A stretch of 64,000 bases of DNA from Nostoc sp. DedSLP01 (GTDB lineage Bacteria > Cyanobacteriota > Cyanobacteriia > Cyanobacteriales > Nostocaceae). Under the pieces are notes generated by a model. The model had not been told where the DNA came from, ran no database searches, and saw nothing but the letters and a program-made list of their open reading frames with translations. The DNA is taken from NCBI GenBank assembly GCA_034530875.2, contig JAVRCJ020000025.1, forward strand, positions 32,001-96,000, in the 5' to 3' direction. The translations under genes and the position numbers were made by a program. Position 1 is the first letter of the stretch. Each line of letters opens with the position of its first letter. This document shows, in pieces, positions 1 through 9,103 of this stretch.

Positions 1-1044
1 AAGCAGGAGTTAGCCGCAGATTATCGTACTTGGCACGAACGACCGCACGAACTGCGAATGCTGCTCAATGATGCGCAGGGAACAAGAGAACATTTTCCGG
101 TTCTGGCTTTATACGAACAAGCGCGGCAGTTCTGGCAAGAAATCTTGCCCCAGCATCAAGGTGAAACGATTCTGATTGTGGGACATAACGGTATTAATCG
201 CGCTCTGATTAGCACAGCATTAGGAATTCCCCCAAGTCGTTACCATTCAATACAACAATCCAACTGTGGTATCAGCGTCCTCAACTTTGCTGGGGGACTG
301 GGGGAACCAGTGCAGCTAGAGTCTTTGAACCAGACGCAACACACCGGAGAAACTCTACCCTCATTCCGGCCAGAACATCAAGGAGTGCGGTTGCTGCTAG
401 TGCGTCATGGAGAAACAGAGTGGAATCGCCAAACCAGGTTTCAAGGGCAAATTGATGTCCCGCTTAACGACAACGGCAGACAACAGTCGCAAAAAGCAGA
501 GGAATTTCTCGAAAAAGTAGCGATCGCTTATGCTGTGAGTAGTCCAATGCTACGTCCTAAAGAAACAGCAGAAATTATCTTAAAACAGCATCCGAGTGTA
601 AAATTGGACTTACAAAGTGGTTTAAGAGAAATCAGCCACGGGCTTTGGGAAGGAAAATTAGAAACAGAAATAGAACAAGAATTTCCCGGAGAATTACAGC
701 GCTGGCGGTTAGTTCCTGCTGAAGTGCAAATGCCTGAAGGAGAAAATCTGCAACAGGTATGGGAACGTAGCGTTGCAGCTTGGGAATCAATTGTGCAAAC
801 AGCATTAACTAATCAATTTAAAACTGTTTTAGTAGTAGCCCACGATGCTACAAATAAAACCTTGCTTTGCCACATTCTTGGTTTGTCGCTAGAAAATTTC
901 TGGAATTTTCGTCAGGGTAATGGCGCTGTTAGCGTTATCGACTATCCTTGTGGACTCGATGGCTTACCAGTACTGCAAGCAATGAACATTACTACTCACC
1001 TGGGTGGAGGCGTATTAGATAAAACAGCAGCCGGGGCGTTGTAG
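1..1044 (+). CDS. Tandem-domain histidine phosphatase (phosphoglycerate mutase-like), 5'-truncated by the window edge
   Basis: Frame is open from base 1 (KQELAADYRTWHERP...). LLVRHGETEWN and SSPMLRPKETA motifs; two VxH motifs (IVGHNG, VVAHDA). Confidence 0.9.
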   Translation, partial: KQELAADYRTWHERPHELRMLLNDAQGTREHFPVLALYEQARQFWQEILPQHQGETILIVGHNGINRALISTALGIPPSRYHSIQQSNCGISVLNFAGGLGEPVQLESLNQTQHTGETLPSFRPEHQGVRLLLVRHGETEWNRQTRFQGQIDVPLNDNGRQQSQKAEEFLEKVAIAYAVSSPMLRPKETAEIILKQHPSVKLDLQSGLREISHGLWEGKLETEIEQEFPGELQRWRLVPAEVQMPEGENLQQVWERSVAAWESIVQTALTNQFKTVLVVAHDATNKTLLCHILGLSLENFWNFRQGNGAVSVIDYPCGLDGLPVLQAMNITTHLGGGVLDKTAAGAL

Positions 1045-1145
1045 GAGTACTGAGTTAATAGTTTAGGAGTGAGGAGTTAGGAGTTAGGAATAAAGTTAGA
1101 AGTGATGAGCAAAGAGCAAAAAACTCATAACTCCTAACTCATAAT
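1044..1145. repeat. Inverted STRR-type heptamer array (GGAGTTA / TAACTCC)
   Basis: ggagtgaggagttaggagttagg followed by actcataactcctaactcataa. Confidence 0.8.
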
Positions 1146-1156
1146 TAAAAACTTTT

Positions 1157-2452
1157 ATGATTGAACTGCTGCAACAAGTACGGGTAATTGACCCAGTTTC
1201 GCAAACTGATGAACTATGTGATGTGCTGATTGCTGATGGTTATATCCAAGCAGTAGGTTTGGGCATTTCTGATATTAATTCCGATACTCAAATCAGAAAT
1301 TGTCGGGGATTAGTTCTTGGTTCTGGGTTAGTAGATTTATACAGTCACTCCGGCGAACCAGGGTTTGAAGAACGGGAAACTCTGGCGTCTTTTTTGCAAG
1401 CTGCTACTGCTGGCGGCTTTACAAGAGTAAGTATATTGCCCGATACATCCCCAGCTATTGATAATCCTGCACTGGTGGCGCAGTTGCGAAATAAAGCAGG
1501 GGAGATGGGGAGATGGGGAGATGGGGAGGGAATTTCACCCCGCCGCCCGTCATCTCCCCTGCTTAATCTTTGGGGTGCCGTCACCCTCGATGTTGCTGGG
1601 AAACAAATGACGGAGTTGGCAGATTTAGCGTCGGCTGGAGTTGTTGGTTTTACAGATGGTAAGCCTTTAGAAAATTTAGCGCTGGTGCAGCGGGTGTTAG
1701 AGTATCTTCAGCCGTTGGGCAAACCAGTTGCTTTTTGGCCTTGCGATCGCCAATTAGCTGCCAATGGTGTAATCAGAGAAGGTGCCCAAGCCCTGCGCTT
1801 AGGTTTACCGCCAGTACCAGCCAGCGCGGAAACAAGTGCGATCGCTGCTTTGATAGAATTAGTTACATCTGTAGGTACGCCAGTACATATCATGCGCGTT
1901 TCCACAGCCCGCAGCGTGGAATTAATCGCAAGAGCTAAAGCCACTGGTTTACCCATCACCGCCAGCACCACATGGATGCATCTTTTACTTGACACCAAAG
2001 CAATTAAGAGTTATAATTCTAGCCTGCATTTAGACCCGCCTTTAGGCAATGCCAGTGATGTAGCGGCGTTGCGTGTGGGGGTGAGAGGAGGGGTTATAGA
2101 TGCGATCGCGATCGACCATGCACCCTATACTTACGAAGAGAAAGTCCAGGCTTTTGCTGAAGCACCAGCTGGAGCGATCGGTTTCGAGTTAGCATTGCCT
2201 TTGCTGTGGCAATATCTTGTGGAAACTGGCGAATTTACAGCTTTAGAATTATGGCGTGCATTGAGTAGTAATCCAGCCAAGTGTTTGGGGCAGAAAATAA
2301 ATCCAATTATCCCTCATCAATCAGCAGAATTGACTTTATTTGACCCCCAGCAAACTTGGAAACTTGAAAGGAAAAATCTACATACACTCTCACAAAATAC
2401 ACCTTGGTTAGGACAACAATTACAGGGTAGAGTTGTGCAAACTTGGCGTTAA
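1157..2452 (+). CDS. pyrC: Dihydroorotase-like amidohydrolase (PyrC/PyrC' type)
   Basis: GLVDLYSHSGEPG, AATAGGFT, PVHIMRVST and AIDHAP motifs. The usual HxH is YSH, so it may be a non-catalytic PyrC'. Confidence 0.85.
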   Translation: MIELLQQVRVIDPVSQTDELCDVLIADGYIQAVGLGISDINSDTQIRNCRGLVLGSGLVDLYSHSGEPGFEERETLASFLQAATAGGFTRVSILPDTSPAIDNPALVAQLRNKAGEMGRWGDGEGISPRRPSSPLLNLWGAVTLDVAGKQMTELADLASAGVVGFTDGKPLENLALVQRVLEYLQPLGKPVAFWPCDRQLAANGVIREGAQALRLGLPPVPASAETSAIAALIELVTSVGTPVHIMRVSTARSVELIARAKATGLPITASTTWMHLLLDTKAIKSYNSSLHLDPPLGNASDVAALRVGVRGGVIDAIAIDHAPYTYEEKVQAFAEAPAGAIGFELALPLLWQYLVETGEFTALELWRALSSNPAKCLGQKINPIIPHQSAELTLFDPQQTWKLERKNLHTLSQNTPWLGQQLQGRVVQTWR

Positions 2453-2534
2453 TTGCGTTCAATCTTGTTAATAGAAATTATCTGAATAATTTGTCAAAAT
2501 AGTAATTATGATGTGATTTATGTGAGACAGTTCC

Positions 2535-2804
2535 ATGATTGAAACAAATATTTTAGTCAAAGTTACAGCAGAAGGTCAATTGAAACTTCCTGCGGAAGTT
2601 CAGGCTCAACTGAATCCTGGTGATGAATATTTAGTATCAATCACGGAAACAGAGATTGTACTGAAAAAAATCCGCAAGCCTTTAACTTGGCGTGAATTAT
2701 CGCAAAAAATAGGCGAATCTGAACCAGACACCGACCAACCGTCGTTAGAAGAAATTAGTGAAATGGTTAAAGAAGTACGGCGAGAACGACGGTCTAAAGC
2801 ATGA
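2535..2804 (+). CDS. AbrB/MazE-like antitoxin
   Basis: VKVTAEGQLKLPAEVQAQLNPGDE swapped-hairpin signature; ATGA overlap with the PIN gene. Confidence 0.8.
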   Translation: MIETNILVKVTAEGQLKLPAEVQAQLNPGDEYLVSITETEIVLKKIRKPLTWRELSQKIGESEPDTDQPSLEEISEMVKEVRRERRSKA

Positions 2805-3223
2805 GAGTTGTATTAGATGTCAATGTTTGGATTTCAGGTTTGCTTTGGGCTGGAGTTCCTGGTCAGATTTTTGATTTAGCTGAAGAACAGAGAATTACTA
2901 TTTTTGTTTCTGAACCAATACGGGAAGATATACAAGAAATCTTAGGGCGTAAAAAGCTTCAGACAAAAATACAAACTTTGGGTGTAACTGTAGAAGATTT
3001 GCTTATTGTAATAGAACATTTATCACAGTCATGTCTAACAGTTGCAGTTGATGTTCCTCAGCTACGCGATCCAGATGATACTGTAATTTTAGAAACTGCT
3101 GTAGCTGCTAATGCGGAAGTTATTATAACTGGCGATTTAGATTTATTGGTGCTGACAGAATTTAATGCAATTCCCATTTTGACACCGCAAGAATTTATCA
3201 ATCGGTATTTTCCTGAAAAATGA
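2801..3223 (+). CDS. PIN-domain putative toxin
   Basis: VVLDVNVWISGL, LRDPDD and IITGDLDLL PIN motifs. Confidence 0.9.
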   Translation: MRVVLDVNVWISGLLWAGVPGQIFDLAEEQRITIFVSEPIREDIQEILGRKKLQTKIQTLGVTVEDLLIVIEHLSQSCLTVAVDVPQLRDPDDTVILETAVAANAEVIITGDLDLLVLTEFNAIPILTPQEFINRYFPEK

Positions 3224-3348
3224 GATTACCTTGAGATGAATTTCTCGAAAAAATGGATGCATTGGAACCTGACCCTAATCAACCAAGCTTAGAAGAAATT
3301 CATGAAATCGTTAAGGAAGTGCGGCAGGAGTTATGGTCTAAAGAATGA
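3220..3348 (+). pseudogene. Truncated second antitoxin (C-terminal part only)
   Basis: MRLP*DEFLEKMDALEPDPNQPSLEEIHEIVKEVRQELWSKE* aligns with the C-terminus of the first antitoxin (EPDTDQPSLEEISEMVKEVRRE). In-frame TGA at 3232-3234; ATGA overlaps at both ends. Confidence 0.75.
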
Positions 3349-3770
3349 AAATAGTGCTTGATGTTAACGTTTGGATTTCGGCTTTGCTTTGGGGTGGTAT
3401 ACCAGGTAAAATTTTACGTTTAGCAGGAAGTCAACAAGTTACAATTTTTACGTCTGAAACATTATTTTTAGAATTAGAAACTACTCTCAGACGTGTCAAA
3501 TTTCAGTCACGTTTACAACAGCGAGGTTATACAGTTGAAGATTTAATGTCTGCGGACAAAGCATTTTCCGAATCATGTGCAATAGAAGCTATAGATATTC
3601 CAGAATTACGCGACCCGAAAGATATAAAAATTATAGAAACTGCTTTGGCTGGTGATGTAGAAGCTATTATTACTGGCGATTTAGATTTATTAGTGCTGAC
3701 AGAATTTAATGCAATTCCCATTTTGACACCGCAAGAATTTATCAATCGGTATTTTCCTGAGACACTCTAA
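3345..3770 (+). CDS. PIN-domain putative toxin, second paralog
   Basis: IVLDVNVWISAL, LRDPKD and IITGDLDLL motifs. Confidence 0.9.
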   Translation: MKIVLDVNVWISALLWGGIPGKILRLAGSQQVTIFTSETLFLELETTLRRVKFQSRLQQRGYTVEDLMSADKAFSESCAIEAIDIPELRDPKDIKIIETALAGDVEAIITGDLDLLVLTEFNAIPILTPQEFINRYFPETL

Positions 3771-3872
3771 ATGTCCTGGTGAGAATTCTGTACATCTGCA
3801 AAAACTTCTGGTTCAATACCTGCCGCTTCTAATTCTTGTTCTTGGCGAAATTTTTCTCAAAATTTCCAGAAT
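3767..3872 (-). pseudogene. Possible relic of a Phd/YefM-type antitoxin C-terminus
   Basis: Minus strand reads FWKF*EKFRQEQELEAAGIEPEVFADV, then SPG in a shifted frame. Resembles cyanobacterial antitoxin C-termini as I recall them. Confidence 0.4.
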
Positions 3873-3880
3873 TGTGATTG

Positions 3881-4831
3881 TTAAGGCAATGTTTCAACTG
3901 CATTACACAATGCTTCAATAGCAAAGGGCAATTCTCCTACTACAAATGCTAGCTCCTCAGGATTAACAACAAGAAAGCTGAGATTATCGAGGTAAGCCAA
4001 GCAGAGGAAAACCTGCTTCAGATTGATGTAATCAGCAGGTAATGTTTTAACAGTTTCGTAACCCTGTAAAAAGGCTTTTCGTTGTTGCTCATCAAGCTCC
4101 ATAAGCGCCAGAGCAAGGTCATAAAGATAAAAGCCGAAACCACAACGGTCAAAGTCAATAATGCACACCTTTTCGTCACAGACTAGGTAGTTACCAGAAT
4201 GAAAGTCGGCATGAATAACACCAAAGCTCTCTTGCTTGCGTTCGAGTTGAGCAAAGTAGAAGATGATGTGGTTGGCATTAACCTTCAAACTGTTTAGCTC
4301 ACTTTTATCTAGTTCAGTTTTGTTTAAAGTCCTATATAACACCTCTAAACCTTTTCTGAAATACGCCTCATCAAATGTTTGACGCTTAAAATCTTCTGGC
4401 AGTTCAAACTGTTCCGAGTGTATGTGAAGTTGTGCCATTAGAGAGCCTACTTTTGCAAGTTGCTCATCGCTCAAAGCGTTCACAGTAGGTGGAATTTGCC
4501 CTTCTACCCAGGATAGGAGTGTACATAGTGTTTCTGGGCTGCCATGAATTGATACAACTGTAACTAGCTCTTTGTTTAAATTGACAATAGGTTGAGGGAG
4601 CATCAAAGGTGTTTCCCTTTGCAAATTGCTTAACCAAGCTAGCTCTGAGGAGATAGCAGCTCGATCATGATGTGCAGATGTGTGTAGACGTAGCGCATAG
4701 GATTTATTATCAACATCTACTTTAAAATTAGTATTGCTCGCTCCACTTAAGCGCGTTAGTTGAACATTTTCTAAACCATACTTACAAAGTGCTTCAATTG
4801 CAATATTTAAAAACATCTTGTCATTCATCAT
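3881..4831 (-). CDS. APH/choline-kinase-like phosphotransferase (type II homoserine kinase-like)
   Basis: IHADFHSGNYL and IIDFDRCG Brenner-type motifs; YALRLH. Confidence 0.85.
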   Translation of the reverse strand: MMNDKMFLNIAIEALCKYGLENVQLTRLSGASNTNFKVDVDNKSYALRLHTSAHHDRAAISSELAWLSNLQRETPLMLPQPIVNLNKELVTVVSIHGSPETLCTLLSWVEGQIPPTVNALSDEQLAKVGSLMAQLHIHSEQFELPEDFKRQTFDEAYFRKGLEVLYRTLNKTELDKSELNSLKVNANHIIFYFAQLERKQESFGVIHADFHSGNYLVCDEKVCIIDFDRCGFGFYLYDLALALMELDEQQRKAFLQGYETVKTLPADYINLKQVFLCLAYLDNLSFLVVNPEELAFVVGELPFAIEALCNAVETLP

Positions 4832-4953
4832 CTACATAGCAAACCTAATTTATTGATGAGAAAATATATAGACTAAAAGTTGAATTTTTTTTACTAGATG
4901 TATACGGTTTAAAATAGACAAAATTTCTCTAAAGGCGTTAGTTTACCTATAAA

Positions 4954-4992
4954 TGAAACCCAACGTTATGTTTAAGTTAACGTTGGGTTTCA
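4954..4992. repeat. Palindromic dispersed repeat / possible terminator downstream of ycf66
   Basis: 14-bp perfect arms tgaaacccaacgtt ... aacgttgggtttca. Confidence 0.7.
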
Positions 4993-5007
4993 CTTAATTT
5001 AACTAGC

Positions 5008-5739
5008 CTAATTATTTGGCGGTGTTGCATCCGGTGGCGTTTCGGCTGGGGGAGCCAGAGATGCATCTGGGGCAATTTCCTCTACAGGGATCTTTTCCTT
5101 GTTCTCAGTTTCGGGATCTGGTTGAGCTGCTTCCACCAATTCCCAGGAAGGGGGATTTGGTGGAATCGCTTCTGGTACACTCTCGGTTTTTGCTTCGGCG
5201 TCGGTAGCGACCGTCTCCTGTGCTGGTTGTTCTGTTATGGCAGTAGTATTATCGATAATTTCAACAGCAGGTTTCTCGGTCAATACAGAAGTAATATCCT
5301 CAGGTTTGGTCGTTGTGGATGTTTTTGAACTCACAGTTTGCTGCACTTTATCTTTCACGCCACTCAAGGTGCTACCAATATCCTGTTGCAACTGAGCAAG
5401 CCGTTCCTGAAGAGACAATTTATTCACCTGTTCCTGAATGCCAGTTTTCACCGTCTCAGCACTAGGTACTTGGGTTTGCTGTGCCTGTGGTGTGAGTTGC
5501 CGACGTAATGAAAGAGTTTGCCAGCCAAACCAGACCAAAAGAGCGACGCTAGCCACATGACCCAGCAGTAACCCTCCAGAAATACGTCGTGCAAACACCC
5601 ACAAGACTAAGGCGTAGAATAGTCCAACACCACTCCAAATAAAGTCATTCTTGCGGTGGATTTCCGGGAAAAAGAAAGCTGCTATGTAAATGGCTAAACT
5701 ACCAAGACCGACTACCAAAGCTAGGACGTATGCCAGCAT
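5008..5739 (-). CDS. ycf66: Ycf66 family membrane protein
   Basis: FFFPEIHRKNDFIWSGVGLFYAL N-terminal TM domain; acidic Pro-rich tail. Confidence 0.85.
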   Translation of the reverse strand: MLAYVLALVVGLGSLAIYIAAFFFPEIHRKNDFIWSGVGLFYALVLWVFARRISGGLLLGHVASVALLVWFGWQTLSLRRQLTPQAQQTQVPSAETVKTGIQEQVNKLSLQERLAQLQQDIGSTLSGVKDKVQQTVSSKTSTTTKPEDITSVLTEKPAVEIIDNTTAITEQPAQETVATDAEAKTESVPEAIPPNPPSWELVEAAQPDPETENKEKIPVEEIAPDASLAPPAETPPDATPPNN

Positions 5740-5757
5740 TATTCGGTTACTCCTTTG

Positions 5758-5905
5758 ACTAGGGATTGGGGATTGGGGTATGGGGCATTAGAAGTTGGGC
5801 ATTGGGCATTAGAAGTTGGGAGTTAGGAGTTATTTTCCTTGTTTCCTTGTCCCCTTGTCTCCCTCATCTCCCCATTCCCCACTCCCTACTCCCCACTCCC
5901 CTCTC
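5758..5905. repeat. Inverted STRR heptamer array
   Basis: (ggggatt/gggcatt/ggagtta)n followed by (ccccttg/ccccact)n. Confidence 0.85.
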
Positions 5906-6062
5906 AATTGTTGATTTAGATACAACTTAAAATTAATTATCTGTGTTACTTGTGGATTTTTGTCATTGAGATCAACTCTTAAGGTCTTCTTTAGGAGATC
6001 GGCGAAAATCTCGGACTACCCTAAAAGATGAAAGGATCTGCAAGAGTTAGCCAAACAAATTT

Positions 6063-7496
6063 ATGACACTACAAAGCTTTGGTGTGATTGGATTAGCCGT
6101 TATGGGTGAGAATATCGCTCTAAACGTCGAGCGTAATGGCTTCCCAATTGCAGTTTACAACCGCTCCCGAGAAAAAACGGATGCATTCATGGCGCATCGT
6201 GCGCCAGGACGGAACGTCAAAGCCGCTTTTACCCTAGAAGAATTTGTCGCCTCATTGGAACGTCCCCGCAAAATCCTTGTCATGGTGCAAGCTGGTAAGC
6301 CAGTGGATGCGGTGATTGCTCAACTCAGACCTTTGCTAGATGAAGGCGATATCGTTATCGACGGTGGTAACTCTTGGTTTGAAGACACAGAACGACGCAC
6401 TCAAGAATTAGAACCTGTTGGACTTCGGTATCTTGGTATGGGCGTCAGTGGTGGTGAAGAAGGTGCGTTAAACGGCCCTTCACTAATGCCCGGTGGTACA
6501 ACCAGCTCTTATGAGTATCTATCACCAATTTTCAACAAAATTGCTGCCCAAGTGGATGATGGCCCTTGTGTAACTTATATTGGCCCTGGTGGTTCCGGCC
6601 ACTATGTCAAAATGGTACACAACGGCATTGAGTACGGCGATATGCAGCTAATTGCTGAAGCCTACGACTTACTCAAAAATGCGGCTGGATTAGACCATAA
6701 TCAGCTACATGAAGTGTTTGCCGAATGGAACACCACCGATGAACTCGATTCATTTTTGATTGAGATTACGAAGAATATCTTCCCATATATTGACCCAGAA
6801 ACAAATCTACCCCTAGTGGACTTGATTGTTGACGCAGCAGGTCAAAAGGGAACTGGACGCTGGACTGTACAAACTGCATTGGAATTGGGAGTTTCGATTC
6901 CTACAATCACCGCTGCTGTGAATGCTCGGATTATATCTTCTATCAAAGAAGAACGGGTAGCAGCATCTAAAGTCCTCACAGGCCCCAGTGGCAAGTATGA
7001 TGGGCAAACCAAGGACTTTATTAATAAAGTTCGCGATGCTCTTTATTGCTCAAAAATCTGTTCTTATGCTCAAGGGATGGCGTTGCTATCTACAGCTTCA
7101 AAAACATATAACTGGAATTTGAATCTGGGCGAAATGGCGCGGATTTGGAAAGGTGGTTGTATTATTCGCGCTCGCTTTTTGAATAAGATTAAGAAGGCTT
7201 TTAGCGAAAATCCAACTTTGCCTAACTTGCTGTTAGCTCCCGAATTTAAGCAGACAATTCTCGATAGACAAACAGCTTGGCGGGAAGTGATAGCCACAGC
7301 AGCGAAGCTAGGAATTCCAGTACCCGCATTTAGCGCATCTTTGGATTATTTTGACAGCTATCGCCGCGATCGCCTACCCCAAAACCTGACTCAAGCACAA
7401 CGCGACTACTTCGGCGCCCACACTTACCTGCGTCTTGATAAGCCTGGAACCTTCCACACTGAATGGGTACCAATTGCTGAAGCTGATAAAAAATAG
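6063..7496 (+). CDS. gnd: 6-phosphogluconate dehydrogenase, NADP-dependent
   Basis: GLAVMGEN, VKMVHNGIEYGDMQ and QAQRDYFGAHTY motifs. Confidence 0.98.
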   Translation: MTLQSFGVIGLAVMGENIALNVERNGFPIAVYNRSREKTDAFMAHRAPGRNVKAAFTLEEFVASLERPRKILVMVQAGKPVDAVIAQLRPLLDEGDIVIDGGNSWFEDTERRTQELEPVGLRYLGMGVSGGEEGALNGPSLMPGGTTSSYEYLSPIFNKIAAQVDDGPCVTYIGPGGSGHYVKMVHNGIEYGDMQLIAEAYDLLKNAAGLDHNQLHEVFAEWNTTDELDSFLIEITKNIFPYIDPETNLPLVDLIVDAAGQKGTGRWTVQTALELGVSIPTITAAVNARIISSIKEERVAASKVLTGPSGKYDGQTKDFINKVRDALYCSKICSYAQGMALLSTASKTYNWNLNLGEMARIWKGGCIIRARFLNKIKKAFSENPTLPNLLLAPEFKQTILDRQTAWREVIATAAKLGIPVPAFSASLDYFDSYRRDRLPQNLTQAQRDYFGAHTYLRLDKPGTFHTEWVPIAEADKK

Positions 7497-7561
7497 GCTT
7501 TCGCACTCACACACCAGCACATTGTGAAAGTTTAAAGCGTTTTCAACTGCAATTTTTATAG

Positions 7562-7590
7562 TGACTCTGAATTTCAGAGTCATTTTTTTT
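7562..7590 (+). terminator. Intrinsic terminator of gnd
   Basis: tgactctg...cagagtca hairpin followed by T8. Confidence 0.8.
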
Positions 7591-7740
7591 CAATTGACTG
7601 AAAACCTTTTAATAGAATATGATTATAGATTGTCTGTCTAATTCCGCTCGGAACAGGTGGACACATAACAAAGGCTGGCAAAAGCATCTGCAAACAAGAT
7701 CGAAACCAGCTACCTGTACGGCAACTTCAAGGACAATTTC

Positions 7741-8142
7741 ATGACCTACGCAATTATTGAAACTGGCGGCAAACAAATAAGAGTAGAGCCAGGGCGGTTT
7801 TACGACATTGAGCTGCTGACAGCCCAAGCAGATGAAAAAGTTACAATAGATTCAGTATTATTGGTGCAGAACGATGGTGAAGTCACCATTGGACAGCCAC
7901 GAGTGTCAGGTGCAACTGTTGAAGGGACTGTACTACGAAATTTCAGAGATCGTAAAGTCCTGGTATACAAAATGAAGCCGAAAAAGAAAACCCGCAAAAA
8001 GCGCGGACATCGCCAAGAAGTTACCAGGCTTTTCATTGACTCCATCACTCTTAACGGTACCGTGTTTGCAGCTCAAACAGCAGCTGAAAGCCCCGCTGTA
8101 GATGACGCTCCTGCACAAGAAGCTGAAACCGTTGCAGAATAA
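7741..8142 (+). CDS. rplU: 50S ribosomal protein L21
   Basis: MTYAIIETGGKQ and KKRGHRQ motifs. Confidence 0.98.
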   Translation: MTYAIIETGGKQIRVEPGRFYDIELLTAQADEKVTIDSVLLVQNDGEVTIGQPRVSGATVEGTVLRNFRDRKVLVYKMKPKKKTRKKRGHRQEVTRLFIDSITLNGTVFAAQTAAESPAVDDAPAQEAETVAE

Positions 8143-8173
8143 TAAATAGAAGTAGATACACAATAAGGAAATT

Positions 8174-8455
8174 ATGGCTCATAAGAAAGGAACAGGTAGT
8201 ACGCGCAACGGTCGTGACTCTAATGCCCAACGTCTAGGTGTTAAGCGCTATGGCGGTCAAACTGTACGTGCAGGAAATATTCTCGTGCGTCAGCGCGGCA
8301 CGAAATTTCACCCTGGTAACAATGTCGGTATTGGTAGCGATGACACTTTGTTTGCCTTAATTGACGGTGTAGTAACCTTTGAGAGAAAAGGCAAAACCCG
8401 TAAAAAAGTTAGTGTTTACTCAACCACAACCGCGACTGAAGAAGTAGCAAGTTAG
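8174..8455 (+). CDS. rpmA: 50S ribosomal protein L27
   Basis: [16 protein letters not shown] motif. Confidence 0.98.
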   Translation: MAHKKGTGSTRNGRDSNAQRLGVKRYGGQTVRAGNILVRQRGTKFHPGNNVGIGSDDTLFALIDGVVTFERKGKTRKKVSVYSTTTATEEVAS

Positions 8456-8463
8456 AGTAATAA

Positions 8464-8490
8464 GGGTGGGTACTGTTACCCACCCCATTT
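8464..8490 (+). terminator. Probable terminator of rplU-rpmA
   Basis: gggtgggta-ctgt-tacccaccc hairpin. Confidence 0.65.
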
Positions 8491-9103
8491 GCTATTTAGT
8501 AACTAAAGAGTGTTACTGCTTCACTAAGTTTTAGACATTTACCAAAAGTTTGATTTTCGGGAAATGATAAGATAATCATCTTTTCTCCTTGCTCTTCATC
8601 ATCATCTGACTTTGGTTTTTTATTTGTTGCGATCGCCAAAGTTACGGCTACAAGGAAATTCCACTAGACATTAGCTGATATGGAGTTAAATCCAGCTAAA
8701 ATCTGAAATAGAGATTACCACCAGTTAAAAGAATGTTTTAAAAGTAGTGGGTAAAGCAAGCTTATACAAAACCAACTAGTGCGTAAGTAAATACATTAGT
8801 GTTTGCTTATACTTTAATATTTTTCTAAGGTGCACCACTATACGTTAGAGACCATTTATAAAGTAAATCTAAAGCACCTCTGTCAATCCCTAGCGATTAA
8901 TTCCGTATTTTTACTGTAGTATTTGCCTTTAAGGTCTATGTAGTGTTATGTAGCTAATATCTTTTTAGTTGCTGAAGAATTTTAAAATTTGTTTTCCAAA
9001 CCCAATTAAAACAAAAAATAAAACTAAGATATTTAGCTTACTGTTCACGCGAATTAAAGTCTAGAAAATAAAAATCAATCTACTTCTAAGAGTAGTTAGA
9101 GCC

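Noticed and set aside
8495..8672. Minus-strand open stretch (NFLVAVTLAIATNKKPKSDDDEEQGEK...)
   Set aside because: No start codon precedes the hydrophobic part and I recognise no homology. At most a relic.
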